Source of the DNA: an uncultured bacterium
Lineage (GTDB): Bacteria > Zixibacteria > MSB-5A5 > GN15 > FEB-12
DNA length: 64,000 nucleotides
NCBI GenBank assembly: GCA_965603125.1
Contig: CBFDBU010000002.1
Span: 2,046-66,045 of the forward strand
Direction of reading: 5' to 3'
Shown here piece after piece: positions 9,106-20,200 of this stretch. The notes below the pieces were generated by a model, which ran no database searches, was not told the origin of the DNA, and saw nothing but the letters and a program-made list of their open reading frames with translations. A program made the translations under genes and the position numbers. Position 1 is the first letter of the stretch. Every line of letters starts with the position of its first letter.

Positions 9106-10620
9106 TCAGAACCCGTAGATCTCCGAGAACTTGGCGTACATGTAATCCATCAGCGGCTTGTGCGAGAGCGGCTTGCCGGTCACCTTCTCGCACAGTTTAC
9201 CGGCCCGGTAACGGCCGCCATGTTTGTGGATATTCTCTCGCAGCCACTCGCGCAGGTTGCCGAAAATCCCCCGCTCGATCTGGTCCATCAGGTCGGGCAT
9301 GTCCTCAAGGGCCTTGACAAAGAACTGTGCCGAATGCAGATTGCCCAGCGAGTAGGTCGGGAAATAGCCCATCGCTCCGGCTGACCAGTGGACGTCCTGG
9401 AGGCAACCGTTGGCGACGTTGTCCACCTCGATACCGAAATAGTCCTTGAACCGCTTGTCCCATTCTCCCGGGACATCGGCCGGCTTGAGGTCTCCTTTGA
9501 CCATGGCCCTTTCCAGCTCGTAGCGCAGCAGGATGTGCAGGTTGTATGTGGCCTCATCGGCTTCCACCCTGATATAGGACGGCGCCACGTTGTTGATGGC
9601 GGCGTAGAAGTCGTCCAGTTTGACGCCGCCGAGGCTGTCCCTGAAAAGCCGCTGCGCCTGGGGGAAGAAATGGCGCCAGAACGGTTTCGAGCGACCGACC
9701 TGGTTCTCCCACATGCGCGACTGCGACTCGTGAATACCGAGCGATGCCGACTCGCCCATCGGGGTGCCGAAATATGTCTTCTTGTCCAGGCCCATCTCAT
9801 AGAGGCCGTGCCCCGCCTCGTGCATGATGCCAAAAAGGGCATCGTTGAGCCGTTTCGGATTGTAGCGGGTAGTGATTCGTGTGTCGCCAGGACCGATGCC
9901 GGTGCAGAACGGATGAGTGGTGATATCCAGCCGCCCGGTATCAAAGCTATAACCCATTGCCTGCGCTACTGATTCACCGAAAATCCTCTGAAGGCCGACA
10001 TCGTAGTCGCGCTCGACTATCGACACGTCCGGTCTTTTCGGCGCCTCCCTGATCTTGTTGAGCAACTCCACCAGTTCGATGCGCAGGCTCTCAAACGTGG
10101 CCGACACCTGCTCGACCGTCATCCCTTTTTCATACTCGTCCAGAAGGGCGTTGTACGGTTCTCCTTCGTACCCGTAGGCTTCGGCTTTCCTGATAACCAG
10201 GGCCAGCACCTTTTCCAGCCAGGGCAGGAAATGCTTGAAATCCTTGTTCTTGCGCGCAACCACCCACTCCCCCTGGGCCAGGGTCCTGGTTTTGGCAAGT
10301 TCCTCCACTAACTCGCGTGGCAGCTTGGTATAGCGGTCGTAATCGTGCCGGGTCTCGCGGATGTTGGCAGCCTCAGGGGAATCTCCGTCCCCGGCCAGGT
10401 CGGACTGCTCCAGGATCGACAGGAGTTCTCCAATTCGAGGGTCGGTGAATTTCTCATGGGTGAGTCCGGAAATCATGGCCAACTGATCGGCCCGCAGGGC
10501 GCCGCCGCCGCGCGGCATGTAAGTCCGCTCGTCCCAGCCAAGAACGGAACCGCACGAACTGAGCAGGGCGACTTCGCGCAACCGACTCACCAGTTCATCA
10601 TAGGCCTTTTTGGGGGTCAT
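9106..10620 (-). CDS. M32 carboxypeptidase (carboxypeptidase Taq family)
   Basis: 'HEAGHGLYE' (HExxH), 'HESQSRMWEN', 'DVHWS.G..GYFPTY'; 504 aa. Confidence 0.9.
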   Translation of the reverse strand: MTPKKAYDELVSRLREVALLSSCGSVLGWDERTYMPRGGGALRADQLAMISGLTHEKFTDPRIGELLSILEQSDLAGDGDSPEAANIRETRHDYDRYTKLPRELVEELAKTRTLAQGEWVVARKNKDFKHFLPWLEKVLALVIRKAEAYGYEGEPYNALLDEYEKGMTVEQVSATFESLRIELVELLNKIREAPKRPDVSIVERDYDVGLQRIFGESVAQAMGYSFDTGRLDITTHPFCTGIGPGDTRITTRYNPKRLNDALFGIMHEAGHGLYEMGLDKKTYFGTPMGESASLGIHESQSRMWENQVGRSKPFWRHFFPQAQRLFRDSLGGVKLDDFYAAINNVAPSYIRVEADEATYNLHILLRYELERAMVKGDLKPADVPGEWDKRFKDYFGIEVDNVANGCLQDVHWSAGAMGYFPTYSLGNLHSAQFFVKALEDMPDLMDQIERGIFGNLREWLRENIHKHGGRYRAGKLCEKVTGKPLSHKPLMDYMYAKFSEIYGF

Positions 10621-10790
10621 CTTCTGTCTCCTCAGATATGCCGACTATTTGTTTCTACAATCAGATAGTGAAGATAGGCAGAAGCCTCGTTTATGGCAAC
10701 CGTGGTGAGACCTGTTTTTGCCTGTCGGTGCTGTTGTCGGTCTTATCTCGGTCTCGGATGATCCGGACCGCCCTTCAGGCTGAAAAATCG

Positions 10791-10819
10791 TTGGCGGCTA
10801 TGATCCGACGGCGTATATT
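10791..10819 (+). promoter_or_regulatory. Sigma70-type promoter upstream of thyX
   Basis: TTGGCG (10791-10796), 17 nt, TATATT (10814-10819), 30 nt before the thyX start. Confidence 0.45.
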
Positions 10820-10849
10820 GTCGCCTTAGCGCATTGATCGGAGGCGCGG

Positions 10850-11710
10850 TTGGCGCATTCGCACATTCAACAGGCGGACGAACTACTCGACAAGCAATTC
10901 GACGTGCTCGATCACGGTTTCGTGCGCCTGGTTGACTACATGGGTTCCGACGCCGCCATTGTACAGGCCGCCCGCGTCAGCTACGGCGAAGGAACCAAGA
11001 AGGTTTCGGAAGACCGGGCGCTGATTCGCTACCTGATGCGCAACCGGCACACCAGCCCGTTTGAGATGGTGGAGTTCAAGTTCCATGTCAGACTGCCGAT
11101 CTTTGTCGCCCGCCAGTGGATTCGCCACCGCACCGCCAACGTCAACGAGTACTCCGGTCGCTATTCAGTGATGAAGGGGGAGTTTTACGTTCCCGACGAT
11201 CAGGATATCCGCTGCCAATCCGACGTCAACAAACAGGGTCGATCCGATAAGGAAGTACCGGAGGCGATTAGACGCCGGTTGGTGGACTACCTGAGCCGCT
11301 CGCAGAAGGAAGCCTACGATCGCTACGGCGAGTTTGTTGAAGCCGGCCTGGCGCGTGAGCTGGCCCGCATCGGTCTGCCCCTGTCGCTGTATACCGAGTG
11401 GTACTGGAAGATCGATCTGCATAACCTGATGCATTTTTTGAGACTCCGCCTGGACAGCCACGCCCAACTGGAGATTCGGCGGTATGCCGAAGTAATGGCC
11501 GATATCGTCCGCACCGTCTGCCCCATAGCTTACGAGGCGTTTGAGGATTACAGCCTGAAGGCGCTGGGCTTTTCCGGTCCGGAACTGGGAGTCTTGAAAG
11601 ACGCGCTTGCCGATGTGAAAATCGACAAGGAATCGCTTGTTTCCCGCGGTCTCTCCGCCCGCGAAGCGGGGGAGCTGCTGGACAAGCTGGAAAAGATCAG
11701 GCGGTCATAA
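10850..11710 (+). CDS. thyX: FAD-dependent thymidylate synthase
   Basis: ThyX signature RHR-x7-S present as 'RHRTANVNEYSGRY'; also 'HTSPFEMVEFKFH'. TTG start as in the ORF track. Confidence 0.9.
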   Translation: MAHSHIQQADELLDKQFDVLDHGFVRLVDYMGSDAAIVQAARVSYGEGTKKVSEDRALIRYLMRNRHTSPFEMVEFKFHVRLPIFVARQWIRHRTANVNEYSGRYSVMKGEFYVPDDQDIRCQSDVNKQGRSDKEVPEAIRRRLVDYLSRSQKEAYDRYGEFVEAGLARELARIGLPLSLYTEWYWKIDLHNLMHFLRLRLDSHAQLEIRRYAEVMADIVRTVCPIAYEAFEDYSLKALGFSGPELGVLKDALADVKIDKESLVSRGLSAREAGELLDKLEKIRRS

Positions 11711-11730
11711 GAGCCGGGGGCAATCTGCGT

Positions 11731-11771
11731 ACAAACAAGCCCGGCCCCAAACGGAACCGGGTTGTGTTTGT
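11731..11771. terminator. Imperfect hairpin between the convergent thyX and OMP genes
   Basis: 'acaaacaagcccgg'-loop-'ccgggttgtgtttgt'. It sits between two convergent stops (11710 and 11789). Confidence 0.35.
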
Positions 11772-11788
11772 GTAAAAGTCAGCACTGA

Positions 11789-12349
11789 TTATTCGCTACC
11801 TAAGGGTATCTGCACACCCACGGCAATCTGTAGCATCGTCATGGCCGGGTCGGCCATCACGTAGTGAAACCTCGGCATAACGTAAGCGCCGATCGTCTCG
11901 GAAACCATCTTGCGGTAGACTATCCCACCGAAGATGCCGAACTCGCTGTCCTCGCCACCATAGAAACCGCCACCAGCAGTCACGAAGAAAGCGTTCTCGT
12001 CATCGGTGTAGTTGATGGCATAGAGACCATTGAAAAGGATATTAATCCTAGTATTGGTCTCGGAAGTCGATCCGCCAAGTATCGCCGGGAGCTTCACTTC
12101 AGATTTGTAACTCTGGAATCCGAGTTCGCCGCCGATCATCATCTTCTCATTGATGCCGTAATGGAATGTACCGCCCAAGCTGATTCCGGCCTTGAATGAA
12201 CCATAGTCCTCATCGAAGAAGGCGTCACCAAATCCAAGCGTGTACCCCGCATAGCCGCCCGTCAGCATCTTGCCTGTGAGGTCTTGACCGGTTACCGTGA
12301 TCGTTATCGCCAAGCACAGCGCCATAGCTAACACAAATACTCGTTTCAT
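11789..12349 (-). CDS. Small outer-membrane beta-barrel protein (OmpW/OMP_b-brl-like)
   Basis: Signal peptide MKRVFVLAMALCLAITITVTGQD, then G/Y/F-rich alternating segments. AGGAGA RBS before the ATG. Confidence 0.5.
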   Translation of the reverse strand: MKRVFVLAMALCLAITITVTGQDLTGKMLTGGYAGYTLGFGDAFFDEDYGSFKAGISLGGTFHYGINEKMMIGGELGFQSYKSEVKLPAILGGSTSETNTRINILFNGLYAINYTDDENAFFVTAGGGFYGGEDSEFGIFGGIVYRKMVSETIGAYVMPRFHYVMADPAMTMLQIAVGVQIPLGSE

Positions 12350-12484
12350 TTTCCCTGTCTCCTATTAGGTTCAACGATATGCAATTGTTTGTATATCATG
12401 CTCCGTTGCGGATTTTACTCGGTGTTCTTACGCTTACACCTCCTTCCTTGGCTGTGCAACCGGATCAACCGCACATTCTCCCAT

Positions 12485-12513
12485 CTATTACATATACAAA
12501 CCTGAGTTGTCAA
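12485..12513 (-). promoter_or_regulatory. Candidate promoter for the OMP gene; it would give a 5' UTR of about 130 nt
   Basis: Minus strand: TTGACA (12513-12508), 17 nt, TAATAG (12490-12485). The -35 box is one arm of the inverted repeat TGTCAAA-N6-TTTGACA (12508-12527). Confidence 0.3.
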
Positions 12514-13008
12514 AGAGCAGTTTGACAGTAACTGAGCTTCGTATCTCTGGCTATGCGTAGCACCTGTCAGAGTGAAATGCTCATTTCAGTTCCAAATAAA
12601 AAACATAGCCAAGGCATGCGGTTGTCAAGTTTTTTGAATGGACCTATTAAGCAGCCGATCATGACCTCCTGAGACTTCTGCTGATGACATCCGTCGCTTA
12701 TATGGCTTGATCGTACCCTGTGCACGTAGAGCACCGTGTGCCTTGCACCTCCTTTCCCTGATCAGGTACTCAATCCGGTATCCAAGCTATGCCGCCCCGA
12801 TTGGTTTGTCAAACAACAAAACACGCATGAGCCAGTGTGGAGTGGTGCGGCGGATCAATGACAATCGGAACTGGACAGAATATCTCGTTAGAATGAGTCA
12901 AATAATCTACTTGACAATAATGGACCATTATGAGGATACTTCACCTAAAGGCATTAGGCAGGAATGCAGGCGACTGATTAATCGTAGGTTCAAGCAGAGG
13001 AGGTCAGA

Positions 13009-13518
13009 GTGAAATTCGAGAAGACAGTTTGCAAGCAGCGATTTGCCATCTCAGCCGTTGTGTTGCTGGTGTGCTTCACGTTGTGGGGATGTGCAACCAT
13101 CATGCATGGCACTACTCAGGAGATAGGTGTCCAGAGTAGACCAACGGGTGCGACAGTTACAATTGACAATAAGGACTTTGGCACGACGCCGGTTATCGCC
13201 AGTCTCTCCAGAAAAGACAACCACATCGTGAGTGTGACATTGGAAGGCTACGAACCATTTGACGCTACAATTACGAGATCAACAAGTGGTTGGGTGTGGG
13301 GTAACATCGTATTTGGCGGATTGATTGGACTTGCGGTCGACGCTATCTCTGGTGGCCTCTACAAACTCAGCCCAGAGCAAGTGGAAGCGGAGCTTGCCAG
13401 CAAAGGGATGGGTACAAGCATGCAGGGGAGTGATATAATTATCGCGGTCGTGCTAAAGCCTGATCCGAGTTGGCAACACGTCGGTAACCTCGTACCGACA
13501 AGTAAGATAGCCGATTAA
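13009..13518 (+). CDS. PEGA-domain lipoprotein with a C-terminal glycine-zipper segment
   Basis: GTG start after GGAGG. Lipobox 'TLWGC'; 'GATVTIDNKDFGTTPV' PEGA-like motif; 'GNIVFGGLIGLAVDAISGG'. The local sequence is AT-richer than its neighbours. Confidence 0.55.
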   Translation: MKFEKTVCKQRFAISAVVLLVCFTLWGCATIMHGTTQEIGVQSRPTGATVTIDNKDFGTTPVIASLSRKDNHIVSVTLEGYEPFDATITRSTSGWVWGNIVFGGLIGLAVDAISGGLYKLSPEQVEAELASKGMGTSMQGSDIIIAVVLKPDPSWQHVGNLVPTSKIAD

Positions 13519-13600
13519 CATGGTTACGGATGGGAAGCCACAAGCCATGCTCGCCAATGCACTCGTTTGCTAGAACCATTTTCTACTAGTCCAGACAGTT

Positions 13601-13640
13601 GGCGTCTTTTCCAATGGAGAAGGCGCCGGTTTCATTTCTT
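13601..13640 (+). terminator. Rho-independent terminator after the PEGA gene
   Basis: 12-bp stem GGCGTCTTTTCC / GGAGAAGGCGCC. It has two G-U pairs that work only on the plus strand. 3-nt loop, then 'ggtttcatttctt'. Confidence 0.55.
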
Positions 13641-13710
13641 CAGGATTATTCCGTTGGTCCCGCTGATGGATTTCACTTCTCCTGTCTGACCGCATCAGCG
13701 CCATACCACC

Positions 13711-15528
13711 TTAGACACTTTCGGCAAGCTTCACGAACTCATCAACGTCGGCCACGGCGCGGGTGACAGCATCGACCCAGAAATCTTCGGCGGTAAGGTC
13801 AACGCCAAGATGCTTGCGGGCCACGTCCTCGGTGGTCATACTGCCGGTGTCCGCCAACAATGCCCGATACTTGTCGGCAAAGGAAGAACCTTCCTTCCGG
13901 GCGCGGTCATACACGCCGCCCGCGAACAGGTAACCGAAAGTGTACGGGAAGTTGTAGAACGGTACGTCGCTAATATAGAAATGCAGCTTCGAGCACCAGA
14001 ACAGGGGGTGGTAGCCGGACTCATCCAGCAACCCGGCGAAGGCGCGCTTCTGGGCATCGACCATAAGTTCGTCCAATCGCTCTTTCGGCACCACGCCCTC
14101 TTTGCGTTCGCGGTAGAAGTTCTTCTCGAACAGGTAGCGGCAGTGGATGTCGGTGAACTTGACGTAGGCCGCCTGTAGTTTCTGCTCCAGGAGCATCAGT
14201 CTCTGCTGCGGATCGGTGGTCTGCTCAAGAGCAGCGTCGATAACCAGCGTCTCGGCGAATATCGAAGCCGTTTCCGCCAGGCTCATGGGATACCCGGCGG
14301 CAAAGGGAGGTTTGTCCTTGAGCACCCAGCCATGGTAGGCGTGACCGAGTTCGTGCGCCAGCGTCAGCAGGTTGTCAAACGTCCCGGCGTAGGTCATGAA
14401 AATGCGCCACTGTTTGAACGACCCCATGTTGGTACAGAATCCGCCGCCCCTCTTGCCGGAGCGGTCCTCGGCTTCAACCCATCTCTTTGCGAGAGCCATT
14501 TTCATGAAATCGGCCATGTGTGTGGAAAAGGCCGCCGCCTGCTTGACAATGAATCCCCCTGCCTCCTCAAAACCATAGAGTGCGTCGGCCTTGCCGCAGG
14601 GGGCGAATTCGTCGTACCAGCGGAACTTGTCAATGCCCAGGAGCTTCATCTTGGCCGCAATATACGGCTCCAGACGTCCTGTCATGCGACGGATGACACT
14701 CCACATGGCGTCGACCGTCTCCTGCTTCACCCGCCCAATAACCAGGGCCTCATGCTGAGGCGACTCCCAGCCCCGCTGATCATAGAGCGCCAGCCGGAAT
14801 CCCGACAGCGCGTTGAGGGTCATGCCCGCCAGGTTTGCCTGCGTTTCCCAGCCCTCGATCATTTTCTCAAAGGCGTGCCGCCTGACAGCCCGGTCCGGAT
14901 CGGCCATCTTGGTGGCCACCTGACCCATGGATACTTTCTCCGTCTTGCCGTCCTGGGTGAAATCGACCTTGATATCGCCCGCCATCTTGTCATAGAGGCG
15001 GTTCCATGCGTGATAGCCGGAGACGGCCAGGTCCAGCGCGAGCGATTCGAGTTCGGGCGCCATCTTGCTGCGGGCAATCACGCGCAGTTCGTTGAGGTAG
15101 AACGTGATTTCTTTCAAACGCGGTTCGGACAGGAGCATCGCCCACTGTTCGTCACTCTGCTTGAGCGAGCAAGCCTCCAACTCGGTGCGCAGCTTCTGCC
15201 ACTGGGAGTGATAGAGATCACCCTTCGCTTCAATCGCCTGAGCCTCGGCGTCGTCCACATTCTGAGACGTGAGACAGTTGGAGAAAGCTCTGACCAGGTC
15301 GATGTTCTCGTCCAGATTCTGCAGGGTGAGTATGAAATCCGTCCAGGCCGGTATACTGTCCCCTGTTATCTTCTCCGGCAGGCCCTTGAGCATTGTCTTG
15401 GCCGTGTCGAGGTCGGCCTTTGTTTTTTCGCGGTGAGTCTGGAACTCCTTCGAACCGCTGCCACCGGGGAAAATGGAATCGAGGTCCCATTGCGGCGCGG
15501 GCGGGATTTTCTGTGGTGTTGCGGACAT
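13711..15528 (-). CDS. pepF: Oligoendopeptidase F family (M3B) metallopeptidase
   Basis: 'HELGHAYH' zinc motif in a 605-aa M3B-type protein. No signal peptide is evident. Confidence 0.85.
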   Translation of the reverse strand: MSATPQKIPPAPQWDLDSIFPGGSGSKEFQTHREKTKADLDTAKTMLKGLPEKITGDSIPAWTDFILTLQNLDENIDLVRAFSNCLTSQNVDDAEAQAIEAKGDLYHSQWQKLRTELEACSLKQSDEQWAMLLSEPRLKEITFYLNELRVIARSKMAPELESLALDLAVSGYHAWNRLYDKMAGDIKVDFTQDGKTEKVSMGQVATKMADPDRAVRRHAFEKMIEGWETQANLAGMTLNALSGFRLALYDQRGWESPQHEALVIGRVKQETVDAMWSVIRRMTGRLEPYIAAKMKLLGIDKFRWYDEFAPCGKADALYGFEEAGGFIVKQAAAFSTHMADFMKMALAKRWVEAEDRSGKRGGGFCTNMGSFKQWRIFMTYAGTFDNLLTLAHELGHAYHGWVLKDKPPFAAGYPMSLAETASIFAETLVIDAALEQTTDPQQRLMLLEQKLQAAYVKFTDIHCRYLFEKNFYRERKEGVVPKERLDELMVDAQKRAFAGLLDESGYHPLFWCSKLHFYISDVPFYNFPYTFGYLFAGGVYDRARKEGSSFADKYRALLADTGSMTTEDVARKHLGVDLTAEDFWVDAVTRAVADVDEFVKLAESV

Positions 15529-15635
15529 GTTCTCTCTCCAGAAATGCGGTTTGATTTCACCGGCAATTATAGCGAATCGCCCTCAGGGTGGCAAGCGCTC
15601 CGCGTCACCGGTCGCAGCGAAGAGAGCCGCCTGCA

Positions 15636-17099
15636 TCATACGTCCGCTGCCTCGTGTTTCCTGACCCAAAGGGAGTACAGAACCATTAAAAACGCCGAGA
15701 CAACACCGATGGCGGCAAACTGGTACCATAATTTGTAGGGATCATAAGCCGACCAGAGCATGCTGGTTACATCCTGATGATTCATGCCCGTGACCTCGAC
15801 CAGCTTATTCATGGCATCGGGTCTTGCAATGCCGATGATGTCGTGGTTTCTGGCTAAGTAGTCGATAGCCAGGTTGGCCTTGTCGCCCATTTTCTCATAC
15901 ACGTGACCGGCGAACCAGGAACCCAGCCCCCATCCTATCCCCTGCGGGATGTTGGCGTAGCCCATGTACAGCCCCTTCTTGCCCTCCGGTGCGATGACGC
16001 CGAGATACTCGTTCATCTTGGGAGAGGAAAGCATCTCGCCGACGGAGAAAACGAGAATCCCCAGAAGACAGAAATATCCTGAAGCCGTAAACCCGGCCAG
16101 GATCAGCCCGACCGAAGCGATGGAGATGCCGATGACTATGGAATGCACCCGCCGCATTCGCGACACGAGGAAGTTCAGATACACCACCAGCAGGATTATC
16201 AATCCCGGGTTGAAGTTGATCAACCACTCCTGGGCAAGCTGGGGACCCCGCGTCGAGTTGTTTTGGAGCATGAAATCGGGCAAGCCGAGATCGGCGACCA
16301 TCCTGGAACTGTCCACCCAGTCGACCACGAAGTTGGGCAGCATGTCGAAAAGCTGCATGAACATCAGCCAGAACCCGGACATTATCAGTATGAACACGAT
16401 CAGGCGGAGGTTGAAGATGTTCTTGAGCGTTATCCAGAAGACATAGAAGGGATTGCCCTTCTGCTCACCGCCGGCAGGCGGGTCCTTGTATGTGAGAAGC
16501 ATCAGCAAATTGAGGGACACGATCCCGGCACAGCCGTAGAATACCATCGGCCAGGAAATACCATAGAGAAAATGCGCCAGCGGCGGCCCCAGGAATCCGC
16601 CGATATTGACCAGCATGTAGAACGTTCCCCAGCCCACCGACGAGTTCTCCTTCGTCAGCGACTGGCACATGGTGCCCTGGACACCCGGTTTGAAAATGGC
16701 AGTACCGAGCGCAAGCACGCAGCATCCGATCAGAAACGGGTAAAACTCGGTCTGGGTGGCCATCAGCAGATAGCCGACCACCTTGATAACCACCGAAACG
16801 GCGATTGTCTTCTTGTAACCGTAGCGGTCCGCGAAACCGCCGGATATCATTGGCGTCAGCGACTGGAACAGCGCCCACCAGAGGAAGATTATGCCCTTGT
16901 CGGTCTGTGAGAAATGCAGCCCCCCGATCTCATCGGCCTGGGCAATGTAGATCGGTATGACCACGCGCACGCCGTAATAGGCGAGGCGTTCGAGCATTTC
17001 CATGACATTGACCATCCAGAAAGGACGTCTCATCGAGACCAACTGGGCCATAAGCCCGTTTTTGGCTCTTGGGTCTGCGGGGAATGTCGATCTTGACAT
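15636..17099 (-). CDS. MFS transporter, proton-dependent oligopeptide transporter (POT/PTR2)-like
   Basis: 'FWMVNVMEMLERLAYYGVRVVIPIY' resembles the POT 'ExxERFxYYG' signature, followed by about 12-14 hydrophobic segments. The start is uncertain (ATG 17099 chosen; the track ORF extends to 17159). Confidence 0.65.
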   Translation of the reverse strand: MSRSTFPADPRAKNGLMAQLVSMRRPFWMVNVMEMLERLAYYGVRVVIPIYIAQADEIGGLHFSQTDKGIIFLWWALFQSLTPMISGGFADRYGYKKTIAVSVVIKVVGYLLMATQTEFYPFLIGCCVLALGTAIFKPGVQGTMCQSLTKENSSVGWGTFYMLVNIGGFLGPPLAHFLYGISWPMVFYGCAGIVSLNLLMLLTYKDPPAGGEQKGNPFYVFWITLKNIFNLRLIVFILIMSGFWLMFMQLFDMLPNFVVDWVDSSRMVADLGLPDFMLQNNSTRGPQLAQEWLINFNPGLIILLVVYLNFLVSRMRRVHSIVIGISIASVGLILAGFTASGYFCLLGILVFSVGEMLSSPKMNEYLGVIAPEGKKGLYMGYANIPQGIGWGLGSWFAGHVYEKMGDKANLAIDYLARNHDIIGIARPDAMNKLVEVTGMNHQDVTSMLWSAYDPYKLWYQFAAIGVVSAFLMVLYSLWVRKHEAADV

Positions 17100-17286
17100 G
17101 CGGGTTCCTATGCTGTCGGATTTGTTACTCGGCCCAAGAAAGCACAAACCGGCGGTCAAGTCAATGACCTCTGGTCATTCTGAAAAAAGTTGCTGCCCGG
17201 TTTTAATCAAATCGGTTGCTAGAGCGTCATTAGCTTCATATGATAGCACAAACTCAAACCAGGCAGAGCTTGAAAGGAATCAAACC

Positions 17287-20200
17287 ATGAAAAAGCTACC
17301 GGTTCTTTTGGTAGTTGCCCTCGTCCTGCTGCTGGGCGTCGTCCCGGCTTACGCGGCCGACCTTAGTCTTGAGGACCTGCAGCCGGGCCAGGAGATTCAC
17401 GGATTCAAAACGCTGAATCTCTACGACAACAGTTCCGGGGCGGCCATGGGGGCGCGTTTCATATCCACCAAATATGGATTCATTATCGACTTCATGCAGA
17501 TAGAGTCGGTACCCCAGGCCTTCTTCTGGATCAAGACCGCGCCTGTCTCGAGCAAAGGTGAGCCGCATGCGTGCGAGCATCTCCTGCTGGGAAAAGGCAA
17601 TCGTGGAAGATACGTAGCGGCTCTGGAGGATATGGCCCTGAGCACCAGCACTGCCTACACCAACCAGGTCCGCACCTGTTACCATTTCAATACCGCCGCC
17701 GGCGAAGAGACCTTCTACGACATCTTCGAAGCAAAACTGCAGGCGTTTCTCCATCCCGACTTCACCGACGAGGAAATTCGCCGCGAAGTCTGCCACATCG
17801 GTGTGACGACCGACACCGAGACCGGGGAGCTGACGATTGAGGAGAAGGGAACGGTCTATACCGAGATGGTCAGTGCCTTCGAGAGGCCCGGGTACCATGT
17901 CTGGGGTCCGCTGTACAGGATGGTGTACGGCGAGAACCACCCCCTCACGTTAGTCTCCGGTGGCGACCCGGCGGTGATGCGCAGCATGGTTCCCAGTGAT
18001 ATGTGGAGCTTTCACGGTGAGACGCATCACCTCTCTAACATGGGAGTCGTGGCTGCCGTCCCCGGCGACGTCAGGATAGAGGACTTCCTGAGCCGGATGT
18101 CGAGCCTTCTGAGCCGGTGCCAGGCCCAACCTGATTCCAGCCCCCTGCCGGGAATCGGCGGTTTCGATTTCCCACCCGCCCGACCGGTTTCCCCGGGGAC
18201 GCTCATACTGACCACCTACCCGAGTGAAAAGAGCGCCGATCCGGGCTACCTGATTTACGCCTGGCCGGCTGATCTCGAGCTTGATCAAAACGAACTGTTC
18301 ATGCTTGAGATATTCCTTGAGACATTTGCCGGCGGACAGACTTCCAACCTCTATGATCTTTTCATCAACTCCCAGACACGCCGGATCGACCTGGGCGCCA
18401 ACCGGGTTTACGGCGTCGCCGACGATGACCTGGACATTTCCATCTACTTTGTACTGGTCGGCGTCGACAATGCCCACGTCAACGAGACCATGGTTGACAG
18501 TGTTCGCAGCATGATCGTCAGCGAAGTCGCAAGGATACATGATCTCGCCGACGGATCAGACGAGTTGGCACAGTTCAACCGCGAGGCCGAAAGCAGGCTC
18601 GTACAGAACCGGAAGCAGACCGAGAAATACTTGAACTCGCCACCGATGTTCGGCTTTCGCAGAGGCGTCGCCTCGGGGTGGGTTTCGCTCCTTGAAGACC
18701 TTGAGGATGAAGAGGGTTTCCGCAAGTCGCTGGTCATGAAGGACCGCTATCACTATGCTGAGAGCCTGTTGACTATCGATCGTAATATATGGACGGATTA
18801 TATCGATCACTGGCGGCTTCTGACGAAAAAGGCCTATGCTCTGGGGGCTGCGCCCAGCCCCGAGATACTGGCTAAGGAGGTAGCAGCCCGCGAGAAGCGG
18901 CTGGCAGGGTACGTTGATGAGTACCGCGAGAAGTACGGCGTGACCGATGAACAGGAAGCCATAGCCGCGTACAAGGATGAGTTCGACGCCTTAACCGTCG
19001 AACTGAAGGCGCTGGCAAGCAAGGATGAACTCCCCGGTTTCATCGACAATCCCCCCATGACGCTGGACGACCAGTTGAACTATGAAACCATCGCGCTCAC
19101 CGGCGGGATTCCCTTCGTAGCCTCGACCTTCGAGAATATGACCTCGTCAAACGTCGGCCTGGCGCTCCGCCTTGACGTGATCCCGGAGTCGTTCCTTGTG
19201 TACGTGCCGTTCCTCCCCACGGTTCTGACCGACATCGGCGTCGTCAAGGACGGTGAGGTCGTTACCTATGATGATATGGACGAACGTCTCCGCCGGGAAG
19301 TACTCAGTCTCCGTGCTTACTTTAGCGACAACTGGCAATCGAAAAGGATGGAGCTGGTTCTGTCCGGGCAGGGCAATAATCTCGAAGAACTGCGAAATGT
19401 GCTTGGGTGGATGGACGCCTGCCTGTATGAACCCTACCTGAGTACCGAGAACCTCCCCCGAATGAGGGATGTCATCGACCAGTCCCTCACTGGTTATCGT
19501 AACCGGATGAAGGGTTCCGAGGAATCGTGGGTCAACATCCCCGTCGCCGCTTACCACCACCAGCGAAACCCCCTGTTTATGTCGGCCAACTGCTTCCTGA
19601 CCCAGACTCACCACTACCAGCGCCTCAAGTGGCTGCTGACCGATCCCGGCGGCGATGACGACCAGGAGGAGTTGGTTGTGTTTCTCGACGCCTTAACCAG
19701 GTTCGGGAAGGACGCGGGCCGCGATAAGTTAACGGCCCTGCTGACGGATATTGAAAACGCAATAGCGCCGTCAGGGGAGACCGTGATCGACACTACGGCC
19801 CTGGCTGACTTCAGGGCGGATCCCGCCGCTCTTTCTGGCGTCTCAAGAGAAAATGTCCTTGAGATCGTAAAGGAGTTGAACGTAACCCTGTCCGATATCC
19901 CCGAGGCGAACCTTGCCGCAGACTGGGCTTACCTGTGCGGTGAGATCACGGCCGACATCATGGTCACGCCGGAGACCGCCCTGGCGGGCATCAAGACCGT
20001 CCTCAGACTGATTCGCAGAACCGACAATGCGCGGATGTTTATGATATCCAACAGCCATGATCGCCAGACAACACTGGAGACGATCAATGGTTTGGTCAAC
20101 AAGCTCAACTCCGGCAATCCTTCCGTGCGACAGGAATACAGACCGGTCGACCGGATAGTCGAGCGCCTGAAAAGCCGCCGACCGAACGTTGACAAGCCTC

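Noticed and set aside
12707-13012. 101-aa ORF in the AT-rich intergenic region
   Set aside because: No RBS, composition unlike the neighbouring genes, a product rich in R/C/Y with no motif, and it overlaps the RBS and start of the PEGA gene.
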